Source of the DNA: Felis catus
Taxonomy: Eukaryota
Direction: 5' to 3'
NCBI RefSeq assembly: GCF_018350175.1
Contig: NC_058368.1
Location: forward strand, 186,064,001 to 186,128,000
Length of the DNA stretch: 64,000 bases
Position 1 is the first letter of the stretch. Each line of letters starts with the position of its first letter. The notes below the pieces were generated by a model, which saw nothing but the letters and a program-made list of their open reading frames with translations, searched no databases and had not been told where the DNA came from. Below are positions 1 through 12,496 of this stretch, piece after piece. The position numbers and the translations under genes are program-made.

Positions 1-247
1 AATCCTAAAGGCCTTAAAAATCTGCCTCATTTTATGACATTTAAACAGAATCCAGTCAAAACAATAGTCACAGGAAGCAGGCAAGTGACTTCTTTCTATT
101 GTTATTAAAATAGAGGGAGAAAAATTGTAAATCTCTATCTTTGTAATTTTCTTGTTCCTTGCTATACTGTGAAGAACTTTGGCCCTCTTTATGTTTACAT
201 TTATTTACAAAAAGATGCTAGGTTGTTAATAGTTGTATCTTTGTTTT

Positions 248-476
248 GTTTTAATTTTTGATGTTTATTTGTTTTTGAGGGAGAGAGAGAGAGAGAGATA
301 GAGCATGAGCAAGGGAGGTATAGAGAGACAGGGAGACACAGAATCCCAAGCAGGCTCCAGGCTCTAAGCTGTCAACACAGAGACTAAAGTGGGAATCAGG
401 TTTGAGCCCAGGAACTATGAGATCATGACCTGAGCCAAAGTGGGACACTTAACTTACTGAGCCACCCAGGCGCCCC
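248..476 (-). mobile_element. Can-SINE (feliform type)
   Basis: Reverse complement begins ggggcgcctgggtggctcag, with (CT)n and an A-rich tail. TSD ag(t/c)tgtatctttgtttt at 231-247 and 477-493. Confidence 0.95.
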
Positions 477-1503
477 AGCTGTATCTTTGTTTTTAATGAA
501 GATATCCTACTGTATTTTTGTAGGCTAAGGCCAGATGCCTACCAAAACCAAGCCAATAAGATAAATGAAAGAAAAGGGCTGTGTTTCTGAATAACTTAAG
601 GGTTGGAAATGATACACATTGAAGTGTTCACACCCCTTCTGAATGGAGTTGCCACTGCTTTGTTCTAGTTAGAGTTGCCAGAGGAAATGGAAATAAAATT
701 ATGAGAAATGTTCCCATTTTTAAAACACAAAGGAAGCCACACGAAACATATGTAGGCCATTAGCTTGCAAATATTGTTTATAGCACATGAAAAATTGATG
801 TGACAATTCTGTCTTCTATATTTCCAATTTTGCATCTTAAGGTTTTTTTTTCTCCTGAGTTTAGTGACAAACATATTAACCTGAGAGAATGAATGCTATC
901 ATATTCCCAAAGTAGTAATTCATGTATTGATCCCTTATCAGTATCATAACAGTCTCTGTAAATTCTAATCTATTTTAATAACGGAACACCTTTCAGCATG
1001 TTAAAAGAATCTGTGAAATTTTACTTTTTTAAAATTTTTTATAGCATTTGTATACAATTTTACCTGCCCTTATCCTGGCTAGGCTTCAGTTTGCCTCTCA
1101 GGACCTTTCCTGTCTGGTGAGTACTCTGAAGAATATTATTTTAATATATTTTCTAAGATTTGCAATACATATTATATTCACTGGTATTTGGAAGACACCT
1201 TATCCACTAATTTATTTTTTAATTATCTTTTAGTTACATTTATTCTTGCCCATTTTTTAAGAAAATATGTTTATAACACATATTTAACCATTATTTGGTA
1301 ATTATGATGCTTATACTTTCATTGTAAATAATATATGCATACCAATGCAAATATGCATTTATATTAAATTTTTAAAATTGTTATAAAACAGAAAAAAACC
1401 TACTACCTGATTCTGTCATCTAAGCAAGCCATTGTCAATGTTTGAGATTCTTTTTGCAGTTTAACTTTTTCTGAATAAAGTTTTATTTTTACTAATAATT
1501 TGA

Positions 1504-1504
<1 letters not shown>

Positions 1505-1545
<41 letters not shown>
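1505..1545. repeat. (ATT)n microsatellite
   Basis: Perfect trinucleotide run seen directly. Confidence 0.95.
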
Positions 1546-1837
1546 CTAAAGTGAATTATGAGGTCAAAAGTTGGACCAGTTTGGTTGTTGATAGCAAATC
1601 TCTTATCACTTGGGAAATCAAAGTATATTACTGCAGTTCTAGTCCTGGTAATGTAGATATTGGCTAGCCATCTTGCATGCTAAAAATTATAAGCAGTGGA
1701 CAAAATATTAAACAAACTGTGTAAAGTACTAGAAAGTTACCAAAACAAGCAGAAAGTGTTGAACATCTGACCACAGAAAGATGAAACTGAATTGGATGAG
1801 ATGTACAATTATGTGGCTTTTCCACAGAGGGCAGTTA

Positions 1838-1937
1838 AAGGATGACCAACTTGTCCCTATTAGCCACGAATTTGCCTGATTTGAGCATGGGAGGTCCCAA
1901 ATTCCAGGAAAACCCTCAACCCCAGAAAGGATGGCTA
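1838..1937. mobile_element. MER81-like hAT-Blackjack MITE remnant
   Basis: aggatgaccaacttgtccc…gagcatgggaggtccc…ccaggaaaaccctca resembles the remembered MER81 consensus. Confidence 0.5.
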
Positions 1938-3481
1938 GAATCAGAAGACAGCAATCTTATTAGTTTGAGATTCCAAAGAAGGACATGGGGGTGCCTGAGC
2001 TGTTCAAGCTGAGGGGGAAATCACAGAAAAAAAAATAACAGAGAAGAGTCAAAATCTGTAAGCAAACTTCCCTTACCTGTTTGTTTTGGGGTGAAACACA
2101 CCAAAAAGCCTGGAAAAAAGTTAAAAACAGAAAGACTGAAAAAGCTAAGCCAGTATTTCAGCTGCCACTCAGTGCAGAAGAGACTGAGTTTGGAATTTCA
2201 ATCCACCAAGTTAGAGGATCATAATAAATACATCACACTTTTCTTAAAAACCCTAGAAGGACCATGACCCTTCTCTGCTGTAGGAACAGGATTTGTTCTA
2301 AGCCTAAGGACAAAACTGAAACTAACCTGAAAACAATATAGAACTAATCCTGCCCAAGATGAAGGTCATTTGTCAATAATTTAACTCCTAATAAAACAAA
2401 AATCAACATTCTTCAGAGGACTATTAAAAATCAGAATGTTGATAACATAGAAATTGTATTGATACATGGTAAAATTGTTTGATTCATGATAAAAAAATAA
2501 AGACATTCTAAGTCTTATACATACAGGATAATAGGACACATATTTTTTAAAAATAGCATTCAATATAAACAAAACCTGAGATGTAATTAGCAAATAAGGG
2601 ATATTCAGTCAACTAATTTTATCATGATAGTTATGTGGTCAGTGAGTGTACAGTAGGGAATCTCAGCAAAGAAATAGAAACTACTTTAAAACATAGAAAA
2701 TTCTAGACCAAAATGTATAATACCTGAAAGGTATGGGTTTTAATAACAAATTGACAATTGCAGAATGGAAGCAATAATCAGTAGAATTAAAAATAGATCA
2801 ATAAAAATTATCTGACATAAAAATCACAGAAAAAAATATTGAAAAAAATTTAAAAGAGCTACTAAAATCTGTGTGACAGTCTCAAGCCTCCTAATAAGCT
2901 ATTGTAGAAGGAGAAGAAAGTAAAGCAGAAACATATTTAAAGTAGTAATAGCCAAAAGATTTCCCAAAATTGGTAATAAAAAATTTATTATAGATCCAAG
3001 AAGCTCAGTGGACTCTAAGCAGAGTAAACATAATGAAAAGTCCCCCTGGGAACTTTATAATCACACATATAAAATCTAAAGATTAAATGAATATTTTGAA
3101 AATATTCAGAGAACAGTGAAACACTTTAATTGCTAGAGGTTAACATTGCAATGATGGTTGACTGATCAAAACAGTTTGGGGCAGGAAACAGTGGGTGACA
3201 TCTTTAAAGTGCTGAAAAAAAGTATATATAGAATTCTATATCCAGTAAATGGATCCTTCAAAAGTGAACCCCCCATAAAAAAAAGACATTTTCAAATAAA
3301 TGAAAGGTGAGAGAATTTGTCACCAGCAGAGCTGCAACAGCATTAATAAAGTAAATTCTTCAGGCTGAGGGAAAGTGATACCATATAGAAACCCAGATCT
3401 ACACAAGTGAAGAGCGTTGAAAATGGTTAATATGTGAGAAAAAAAAACACATATCTTATTGTGTTTCATGTAAAAGAGACC

Positions 3482-3692
3482 TTTTTCTTTCTTTCTTTTT
3501 GTTTATTTTTATTTATTTTCAGAGAGAGTGCTTGTGCACACTGGGGAGGGGCAGAGAAAGAGAGAGGGAGAAAAAGTCTCAGGCACTGACTGTGAAGCCC
3601 AATGCAGGGCTCATACTCACGAATGGTGAGATCATGACCTGAGCTGAAACCAAGAGTTGGTTGTTTAACTGACTGAGCCATCCAGGCACCCC
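3482..3692 (-). mobile_element. Can-SINE
   Basis: SINE head at 3692 (ccaggcacccc on +). TSD aagagacc on both sides. Confidence 0.93.
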
Positions 3693-4771
3693 AAGAGACC
3701 AGAATTTTAATGCAAATATTATAACAGCTCATTCTGGAGTTAATAACACATATGTGTATAATAGCACAAAGTATCTCAGAGATGGGGTTAAGTAAATTAC
3801 ACTGTTCCAAGTTTCTTCCATTTCATGAAGTGACATAATAGCAACTATAAATAGACTGATAAGTTAAAGATGAATACGGCAACCCTTAAAGCACCCCTGG
3901 AAATACTACAAAAGGATATAGCTAAAAATCATTAGAGAAATTAAAACCAAATACTAAAAAATAATTCATGAATGCAAAAGAAGGCAGAAAATTACAGAAT
4001 GGGGAGGAAATAACAAGATAAGGAGAATACAAATAGCAAAATGCTGGCTGAAAATAGATATAAATACAAGGAGTATTAGAAGATATAAAGTGCTATTTAT
4101 TATAATGACAAAAAGATTGATTCATAAAAAAGACATAAAAATTAGAAAATTTTACACACCTGATAATAGAGCTAAAAATAAAATGAAGCTATGACTGACA
4201 GAAGAAATAGATCTATCCCACAGTCCTAGTTGGCAATATTAAAAGTCTTCTGACTTCACAATTATACAACAGTATGCTCAATAATTATAGAGTAAATTAA
4301 CCAATGTGCATAACTATGAAATGTTCATTAAACAACCTCAGTAAATTTCAAACTTTTGAAAGCTTATAGTATATATTCTCTTACAACAAAAGAATTCAAT
4401 TGGAAAACAGAAATAGAAAAGTTCCAAAAACTGTGACAATTGAACAATATATGTCTAAATAATTCATAGATCAAAGAGGAAACCACATTTGCTTCAAAAC
4501 AAATGAAAATACAACATATCAAAATTTGTTTTGTGGAGCTAAAGCAGGATATGGAGAAAATTTATAATTGTATATATATATATATAGAAAAGAAGAAAAA
4601 TTAAAATTAATTATCTAAGCTTCTGGCTTCAGTAGCCAGCAAAAAGAATCAATTAATGAGTTCTACATATACATATTCATTTGACTTTCAACAAAGATAA
4701 GCCATTTTAAAGGGGACAGATCAATATTTTAAACCAATAATGTTGGAAAAATGGGTAAATTTTATCTTATA

Positions 4772-4876
4772 ATTATTATTTTTTAAGTAGGGCTCCACAC
4801 CCACCATAGGGCTTAAACCTAATGACCTTGAGATTAAGAGTCATGGTCTATTGACTGTGCCAGCCAGGTTGCCTCC
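4772..4876 (-). mobile_element. Short, older-type Can-SINE lacking the (CT)n tract
   Basis: tttaagtagggctccacaccc…gaccttgagattaagagtc…ccagccaggttgcctcc. Confidence 0.8.
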
Positions 4877-5207
4877 AGATGGATAAGTTTTTTTTTCAAA
4901 TAATCTTTGCCTTTTATTCTATCATACTTGCAAAAGCTAAAAATTATGGTCTTTAGAAAGACTATCTTCATGACTTTGGGGTAGGAAAAATTTCTTAGAG
5001 AAGGTATAAAAATTATTAAACATATGACATTGATAAGTTGAACTTCATAAAAATCAAATTTTCTGTTTATCTAAAGATTCCACTAGAAAAAAATAAAAAG
5101 AAAGAAAGAAAAAGAAAAGTCAAGTCACATACAGGGAGAAAATATTCCCAGTGAAAATATCCAACAAAGAGCTTGTATCCAGTATACATAAAGAAATCCT
5201 ACATCAT

Positions 5208-5415
5208 GGGGCACCTGGGTGGCTCAGTTGGTTAAGTGTCCAACTCCTGATTTCAGCTCAGGCCACGATCTCACTGCTCATGAGATACAATCCCATGTGG
5301 GGCTCTGTGCTGATAGCACAGAGCAAGCTCAGGATCTTCTCTTACTTTCTGTCTGCCACTCCCCTGCTTGTGCTGTCTCTCTTAAATTAAATAAATAAAC
5401 ATTGAGAAAAAAAAA
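5208..5415 (+). mobile_element. Can-SINE
   Basis: gggcacctgggtggctcagttggttaag head, CT tract and aataaa/A tail. Confidence 0.95.
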
Positions 5416-5427
5416 AGAAAGAAATCT

Positions 5428-5611
5428 GGGGCACCTGGGTGGCTCAATCTGGTAAACAGCTGACTTTAGCTGAGGTCATGATCTCACCGGTTGAGTTCAA
5501 GTCACCCCCACCCCCCACCTTGAGCTCTGTCCTGTTAGCCCAAAGCCTGGAGCCTGTTTCAGATTCTGTGTTTCCATCTCTCTCCCCTCTCCTGCTTGCT
5601 CTCTCATCCAA

Positions 5612-5669
<58 letters not shown>

Positions 5670-5736
5670 ATTCTCTCTCAACCTCTCTCTCTCTCTCTCA
5701 ATCTGTCTCAAAAGTAAGATGAAACATTAAAAAAAA
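5428..5736 (+). mobile_element. Can-SINE with expanded (CT)n
   Basis: Second head 12 bp after the previous tail. Long CT tract at ~5610-5700. Confidence 0.95.
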
Positions 5737-6281
5737 GAAATTCTACATCTTATGAATGAAAATACAAATAACCTAATAAAAATGGTCAAAATACTTGAAT
5801 AGGCATTTAATGAAAAAATTGTATGTGTATCTAATAAGACATGAAAGGTTTCTCATTGTCAGTACTCATTAACCAAATATGAATTGAAACCACAATGATT
5901 TTTTTCATATTAACAAAACCGGCAATGCCAAAATTTTAGAAGGTGGAGAGCAACCAAAACTCATTCTTTTTCTGGTGAAAATGTAAAATGGTACAACAAT
6001 TTTAGCAGTTTCTTACATATGGTAAACTTCTGCTTACCATATGACCAAGTGATTCTACATCAAGATATTTTATCAAATAAAAATAAAAATGTATGTCCCC
6101 CCAAAAGCCCTATACAAGAATTGTGTTGAAGATTTATTAGATGTGGAACAATCTAAATATAATCAACAGAAGAATGAATAATCAGATTCCATGCCGTATT
6201 TAAAAAATGGAAAAATAAATTTCTTAGCAATAATCTTAAAAGCCACTTACTCACATGCACATATATATAAACACGTATCTA

Positions 6282-6282
<1 letters not shown>

Positions 6283-6325
<43 letters not shown>
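6283..6325. repeat. (TCTA)n microsatellite
   Basis: Tetranucleotide run followed by (CATA)/(CA) repeats. Confidence 0.9.
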
Positions 6326-6365
6326 CATACATACATACATCCACACACACACACACATACACACA

Positions 6366-6570
6366 GGGGCACCTGGGTGGCTCAATTGGTTGAGTGCCCT
6401 ACTCTTGATTTCAGCTCAGGTCATGATCTCAGGGTCATGAGATTGAGCCCTGCATCAGGCTCTGCACTAAGGATGGAGCCTGCTTAAGACTCTCTCTCTC
6501 CTTCTCCCTTTGCCCTTCCCCTGCTTGTACTCTCTCCCCCCCCAAAAAAAATAAAAATAAATAAATAAAA
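6366..6570 (+). mobile_element. Can-SINE
   Basis: ggggcacctgggtggctcaattggttgag head and A-rich tail. Confidence 0.93.
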
Positions 6571-6648
6571 TATATATACACACATACATATATACATTCA
6601 GTAACATAGTTGAGTCTCAAAAATATGTTAAGCAAAAGAAGCCAGGAC

Positions 6649-6691
<43 letters not shown>

Positions 6692-6692
6692 A
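6649..6692. repeat. (TAAA)n microsatellite
   Basis: Seen directly. Confidence 0.9.
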
Positions 6693-6979
6693 ACATTCCA
6701 GTTATATGATCTTCAGAGTCAGCAAAATAATTCTATGTGACTAAAATCAGAACAAAGTTTGACTATAATAAGTGCTAATTGAGGCACAGGAGAGATTTCT
6801 GGGATAAAGGAAATATTCTATATCTTGATTAGGAAGGTTAGTGGACAGGTTTATCTACTGATAAAATTTATGAAATTCACACTTAAAACCTAAGCATTTC
6901 ACTATATGTTAATTTCACTTTAATTTTAAATTTTTATGGATAAAATAAGTAGTATCCTTATCAAAAGGCATAATTTTTA

Positions 6980-7430
6980 TCAGGAACTGTGCTGTGTGAC
7001 ATTGGTTGATCTTCCTAAAAAAACCACAAGGCAGGAACTATTACCATTGCAGTGTTCCACAAGGGAAGATTAAAGTTTAAGGAAGTCCAATTATTTGCCT
7101 TTAATAACACACAGACTGGTTATACAGTCCATGGCAGAGCAAATATTAAACCCAGGCAATCTGATTTAAGAAACTGAACTCTTAAGCACGATTGCATGCA
7201 GTTTCTGAGTAACATGATGGCAATTTAAAAAGTGACAGTTTTTATGGGCTTCTCTAAAACTTGAGAAGCATTATGTTGTAATACAGAAGCATAGAGTCCA
7301 GAGTCAGGAATCTTGGTTCTATCAACTGTGACGTTAGGAAATTCACTTCATTTCTCTAGGACTTATTTTCTCATCAATAAAATATGGGATGATACGTGTG
7401 GTATAGATGGATCTTTTCAGTTCTAACATT
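6980..7430. mobile_element. Two MIR fragments (- at ~6980-7190, + at ~7270-7430)
   Basis: ggcagagc…aacccaggcaatctga…ctcttaa, and ctgtgac…cacttcatttctct…ttttctcatc…aaaat are MIR core motifs. Confidence 0.6.
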
Positions 7431-7664
7431 CAGCAACCTATGGTTCCAACAGCATTTTGAGGGTAGTGGCATGGAAGGACTATCTATAGTTCCTCTGAAT
7501 AGATTTATCTCCCTCAATTACAGCATGACATTCACAGGGTCGATGTCTATGTTCTTGCATTAAAAAAAAAAAGTTTGGCTTTATTATCTCAATCTCAGTC
7601 TCCTTCTGTCTCCTGGGAAACTCAAAGTACCTCAATGCTCAGGGTACTAGACAAGCCACATTCT

Positions 7665-7825
7665 GAGGAAGAGTCTATGTCCCCATAGTTGAATTTGGAC
7701 TGACCTTGAATTTTCTTTGTCCAATAGAATGTACAGATGTGTGAGTTCTGCAGTCTGAGCCTCAAAGGGCATCTCCACTTTTATCTTCATCTCCTTGGAA
7801 TGCTCTTGCCATCACATAAAAACAT
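7665..7825. mobile_element. MLT1-type (MaLR) LTR fragment
   Basis: gagtctatgtcccc…ttgaatttggactgacc…ttgtccaatagaatgt…ctgagcctcaaagg. Confidence 0.55.
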
Positions 7826-7829
7826 CAGT

Positions 7830-7935
7830 TCTCCATGACAACAGGGCATTTGCTTGCTTGATTTTCAGTGCACTTTATCCAGCACCTAGAAGAGAACCAG
7901 GAACATGGTATGTGTTCAATGAGTATCTGCTAAAA
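7830..7935 (+). mobile_element. L2 3' end fragment
   Basis: ctccatga…cagcacctaga…aggaacatggta…ttcaatgagtatctg. Confidence 0.6.
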
Positions 7936-8675
7936 TCTAAAAGTTGAATCTTATAAAGCATGCTCCAGAAATGAGTCCATTTACATTTGTAATAACAGTG
8001 CATAAATGCTAAGAATGCCAAGTTGGCCATTCTTTCAAAATCACAGCGTATAATTTTTTTTTTTAATATCAAAACTATGGTCTGAAAATTACAAGCATTC
8101 TCAACATATACTTACCATGGCACACCATGTAAGCACTTGATCAATGCTGTGAATTACCTTGTAATGATTCTCAGATGTTCTAGGCAATCATGACACAGTA
8201 AAGCAGACTTTTCCCAGGCTAATGTCTCTCATTGCTAATTATGGGCCTCCCAGGGATTTTCTTTTAGACTCTGGAGTCACAAGAGTGCCATTGAGTGTGG
8301 CAATGTCAGTGGATAGGACTGGTGGGGCAGACAGGCCTGAAGCTGTATACAGTTTGAACTCCCTGTTACTGGCTCCAGAATCAAGTACCCCATACAAGAG
8401 GATTTTAAACCACAGGGGAAAATAAGGACAAATAAAAATAACAGCAAATAATTATAATGATAATTATTGACATTTTTCAAATCAGTTTAATTTCATTCTT
8501 TTTGTTGTTGTTGTTCAGTTGAAAGGTCAACCAGCTTTTAAATGATTGATTTCATTTTTTAAAAAAATTTAATTTTCAAATTAAAATTTTTTAATTTAAA
8601 AATTAATTTTAATATTAAAACTTTCTAATTTTTAAAATTAATTAATTTTTAAAATTAAAATTAAATCCTTTGGTA

Positions 8676-8883
8676 GGGGTGCCTGTGTGGCTCAGACAGT
8701 TAAGTGTCTGACTCATGATTTTAGCTCAGGTCACAATCTCATGGATTATGAGTTCGAACCCAACATTGGGCTCTGCACTGACAGCATGGAGCCTGCTTGG
8801 GATTTTCTGTCTTCGTCTCTCTCTGCCTCTCCATGCTTGTGCTCTCTGTCTCTTTCAAAAATAAATAAAGATTTAAAAAAAAA
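8676..8883 (+). mobile_element. Can-SINE
   Basis: ggggtgcctgtgtggctcag head, CT tract and A tail. Confidence 0.93.
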
Positions 8884-8893
8884 GAGATTTTTA

Positions 8894-9121
8894 ATTTTTT
8901 CTTTTTTTTTCTTTTTTTAATGTTTATTTATTTTGGGGAGAGAAAGAGAGACAGAACATGAGCAGGGGAGGGACAAAGAGAGGGAGACACAGAATCTGAA
9001 GCAGGCTCCAGGCTCTGAGCTGTCAGCACAGAGCCTGACACAGGGCTCGAACCCACCAACTGTGAGATCGTGACCTGAGCCGAAGTCGGATGCTTTACCT
9101 ACTGAGCCACCCAGGTGCCCC
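8894..9121 (-). mobile_element. Can-SINE (feliform type)
   Basis: Complete element ending ccacccaggtgcccc on +. Confidence 0.95.
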
Positions 9122-9122
9122 T

Positions 9123-9322
9123 AATTTCTTTAATGTTTAGTTACTTTTGAGAGACAGAGACAGAGTACAAGTGGGGGAGGGGCAGAGAGAGGGAGGTACA
9201 GAATCTCAAGCAGGCTCCAGGCTCTGAGCTGTCAGCACAGAGCCTGACATGGGGTTTGAATCCATGAACCATAAGATCATGTGAAGTCGGCTGCCAGACT
9301 GACTGAGCTACCCTAGTGCCCC
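9123..9322 (-). mobile_element. Can-SINE (feliform type)
   Basis: Complete element ending ccctagtgcccc on +. Confidence 0.93.
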
Positions 9323-9494
9323 AAGAAGAAGAAGATTTAAAAAAAAAATTTAACTGTGGTAAAATATAAATATAAATCCCATCGTTATTGCAAACATCAC
9401 AGTTTATTTCACATCGTTTTCATCAGTAGAAAACAAATGTGGAAACTTAAAAAAAGATATACAATATGGATCTACCAAACTGAAAAAACTTTCA

Positions 9495-9703
9495 GGGGAC
9501 TTGGTGGCTCAGTTAAGTGGTTAAATGTGTGACTTCAGCTCGGGTCATGATCTTGCAGTCCCTGATTTTGAAACCCACATCAGCCTCTCTTCTGTCAGTG
9601 CAGAGCCTGCTTCAATTCCTTGGTCCCCCTCTCTCTTTACACCTTTCCCAGCAGAGGTGCTCATGTTCTCTCTTTCTCTCTCGCAAAAATAAACAAACAT
9701 TAA
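9495..9703 (+). mobile_element. Can-SINE
   Basis: TSD aaaaaactttcag at ~9483-9495 and ~9706-9718. Confidence 0.92.
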
Positions 9704-10152
9704 GAAAAAAACTTTCAGTTTAAAATTTCAGACTATTGTATTGAGGAAACTAATTTCAGCTCCTCAAATTGACACTTAAAACATGGCTTCTTTAAAGTTA
9801 CAGAAAATATGTGAAAATTTCTACTGCCTTTGTCAAAAAGGGAGAGGTTTCAACACGAAAAATTAATCCATGTTTTAAGTCTTACTAGAAATCTTACTAC
9901 ATGTGTGAATCACAACTGATAAGGATTTATTATATTTGCCTCATCCATATATGGGCTAATAATACTGCTGTGTGTATTTATATATATGTATATATATATA
10001 TACACACACACACATTATACAATTGATGGGCTATATTGTAAATTTAATAAATATTATCTATTATTATCATTATGTATTTTTCTATTATTTAATAATATTC
10101 ATCAAAATTTATTAGCACCTAAGTTATCAGGCCTTAGTGTAGGCATCATTTA

Positions 10153-10352
10153 TTTATTTCATTTCTAAAATTTATTTATTTTTTGAGAGAGAGAGACAGC
10201 AAGTGCATGCAGAGGAGGGGCAGAGAGAGGGAGACAGAGGTTACAAAGTAGGCTCTTCACTGACACCAGAGAGCCTGATGAGCTCAAACTCAGGAGATCA
10301 TGACCTGAGTTGAATTCAGACGCTTAATGGACTGAGCCACCCAAGCACCCCC
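10153..10352 (-). mobile_element. Can-SINE
   Basis: TSD agt(g/c)taggcatcattta at 10136-10152 and 10353-10369. Confidence 0.93.
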
Positions 10353-11411
10353 AGTCTAGGCATCATTTAAATGAAGTTGCTTGAAACCAATTTTGTGCCC
10401 TTGCAGAAATTACAGTTTAACTATCTGAACTGCTACCATCTCACTGTTAGCACACCCTTTCCCCATCCTCCTCCGTTTCCTATGTCCAACTGCAGGCAGA
10501 ACAAACTCAGTATAGCTAATACATAGGTTCTATAATATCTTCCTTGCAAAAATTCATTTCAAGTCTCTCTCTGTGCTCATTATTCTTTCTTGCACATGAA
10601 ATTTCAGGCATATCTCATAGCTTTCCCTGGCACTGTCAGCTGACAAATGACTAGGTATTTACCAGGTACTAACATGTACAATTCAACTTAACATCAAACT
10701 CTAAGCATTTTCCAGTGTATAACATTCCTGCTGCAGTGAAGAGACCTACCTCATGATAAGATATCTGAAAAGAGAAGGGGAGGCGAATTGGCATTTCTGC
10801 TTTTCCTTGGTATATCTTCCCTCACTCTGTCCCTAATGCAGAAGCACCCACATAAACACAGCAAACACACACAAACATATACACACCTTTTAGCTGTTTT
10901 TTTAACAAGGGGCAAAGGGTAGATATCACTTGATTGGTTTATCAGCATCTGGTGCAAGGGCCTTAGATACATAGTTGCTATCTTCTCATATTGCACCTTT
11001 GAGTGTTCCTAAGAGATATCCACTAAGAGTCACCAGAAGTTTTCTGGTACAGACAACGCATCTGAGCGGTGGTGAGGATTCCCTAAATTTGTGCATTGCC
11101 AGGTAGATCTCCGTCTTCGTACTGATCAGAAAGGCTTTATGTGGAATCTCTCAAGACAGCCCACAGCCAACTCCCTTTCCTGGGAACCATATCTGACTCA
11201 TGGAAAACACAATTTTGTTGCCAAGCTCTGAAAGTACAGAGTGTTTCCAATGCACCCAGTCTCTTCCTCTGCTACCAGAAAACTCTAGTCATAGTCTCTT
11301 GTCTTTAGACTGTTAAAATCTGAGTCATATGCAGATCCCTCCGCCCTCACCCCCATCATTCTCCAAAGAACTCTTATCATTCTCTTTGAGTGGCGCATAT
11401 ATATATATATA

Positions 11412-11626
11412 TTTATTTATTTTTTTTTTTTTTGAGAGAGAGACTCAGAAAGTTTGTAAGCAGGGGAGGGGCAGAGAGAGAGAGAGAGAGGGACAAAGAG
11501 AATCCTAAGCAGTCTCTATGCTGGCAGCACAGAGCCCAACCAGACCTGATCCCACAAACCATGAGATCATGACCTGAGCTGAATTCAAGAGTCAGAGGTT
11601 TAACCGACTGAGCCACTGGGCACCCC
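11412..11626 (-). mobile_element. Can-SINE
   Basis: T-tract, (GA)n, gagatcatgacctgagctgaa and cacccc end. Confidence 0.93.
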
Positions 11627-11679
11627 TTTGAATGGTTCTCTTGAATTCCAAACCTGTGGCCTAAAATGAAGGGAAGAAA

Positions 11680-12050
11680 TCCTAACAGCTAAAAAGTGGA
11701 AGCAATCCCAGTATGTGTCAATAGGTAAATGGATAAACCAAATGTGGTACTTATATACAATGGAAAACTTTTTAACCTTAAAAAGGAAGGAAATTCTGAC
11801 ATATGTGACAACATGGGTGAGCCCTATGAACACAGTGCTAAGTGAAATAAGCCAGTCACAGAAAGACAAACACTGCATGATTCCACTTATATGAGCTACT
11901 TAGGGCAGTCAAAACCATAGAGACAGGAAGTGACATGGTTGCTAAGGGCAGCAGTGAGAAGGAAATGGGGAATTATTGTTTAATGGGTATGGAATGTCAG
12001 TTTTATAAGAAGTAATGTGTTTTGGAGATGGATGATGGCAATGGTTACTC
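11680..12050 (+). mobile_element. L1 3' fragment (L1MB-like; end of ORF2 plus 3'UTR)
   Basis: aaatggataaaccaaatgtggtac…acaacatgg…ctaagtgaaataagccagtcacagaaagacaaa…catgattccacttatatgag. Confidence 0.85.
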
Positions 12051-12219
12051 AAAAATTAGAAGAGAGAATTCCATTGACATTGATTCCTCAATTCATATTA
12101 GTAAAGCAACTATTTCACTTATTTATAAAGTTTATTCTGATTTGCTTGAATCTTTTCCTAAAAGAAAATTCTTTTGAACTTCATTCTCCAGACACCCAGG
12201 TAACCAGTATGCTTTCAAG

Positions 12220-12360
12220 TTCATTTATTAATTCATGCATTCATTTAACAAGTACTTTTAATTGTCAGCTAAGGTGTCAACACTGCACCAGGTGTTGTGA
12301 TATAGAGGTAGGTACACCATGATTTTTGTTCTCAAGCCCTACACAGATTTGTTAGGAGGG
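12220..12360 (-). mobile_element. L2 3' end fragment
   Basis: (cattcatt)-type tail followed by caacactgcaccaggtg…gatatagag. Confidence 0.55.
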
Positions 12361-12496
12361 CAGCCTGGTGTTCACTTTCAGGGCACTGTAATATATTTTG
12401 GAAAAATGATTTAAGAAGATAAATACTTGCTGGTATTCTAAGAGATTATACATGGCTGATTTGGGGAATTTGATATTGAACAGGCTATCAACTAAA

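Larger units (their letters stand above)
1630..6910 (+). mobile_element. Old fragmented L1 (L1M/L1ME-like; ORF1, ORF2 and 3'UTR remnants) interrupted by SINEs
   Basis: ORF1-like motifs tagatccaagaagctcag (~2991) and gacatctttaaagtgctg…agaattctatatccag (~3197-3245). ORF2-like aaatgaaaatacaacatatcaaaatttg (~4501) and ccaacaaagagcttgtatccagtata (~5161). 3'UTR-like sequence at 6600-6910. No intact ORF. Confidence 0.8.

Noticed and set aside
8113..8180. Minus-strand donor ATG|GTAAGT
   Set aside because: The acceptor is weak and the sequence resembles a MIR/L2 end (gtaagcacttgatcaatgct).
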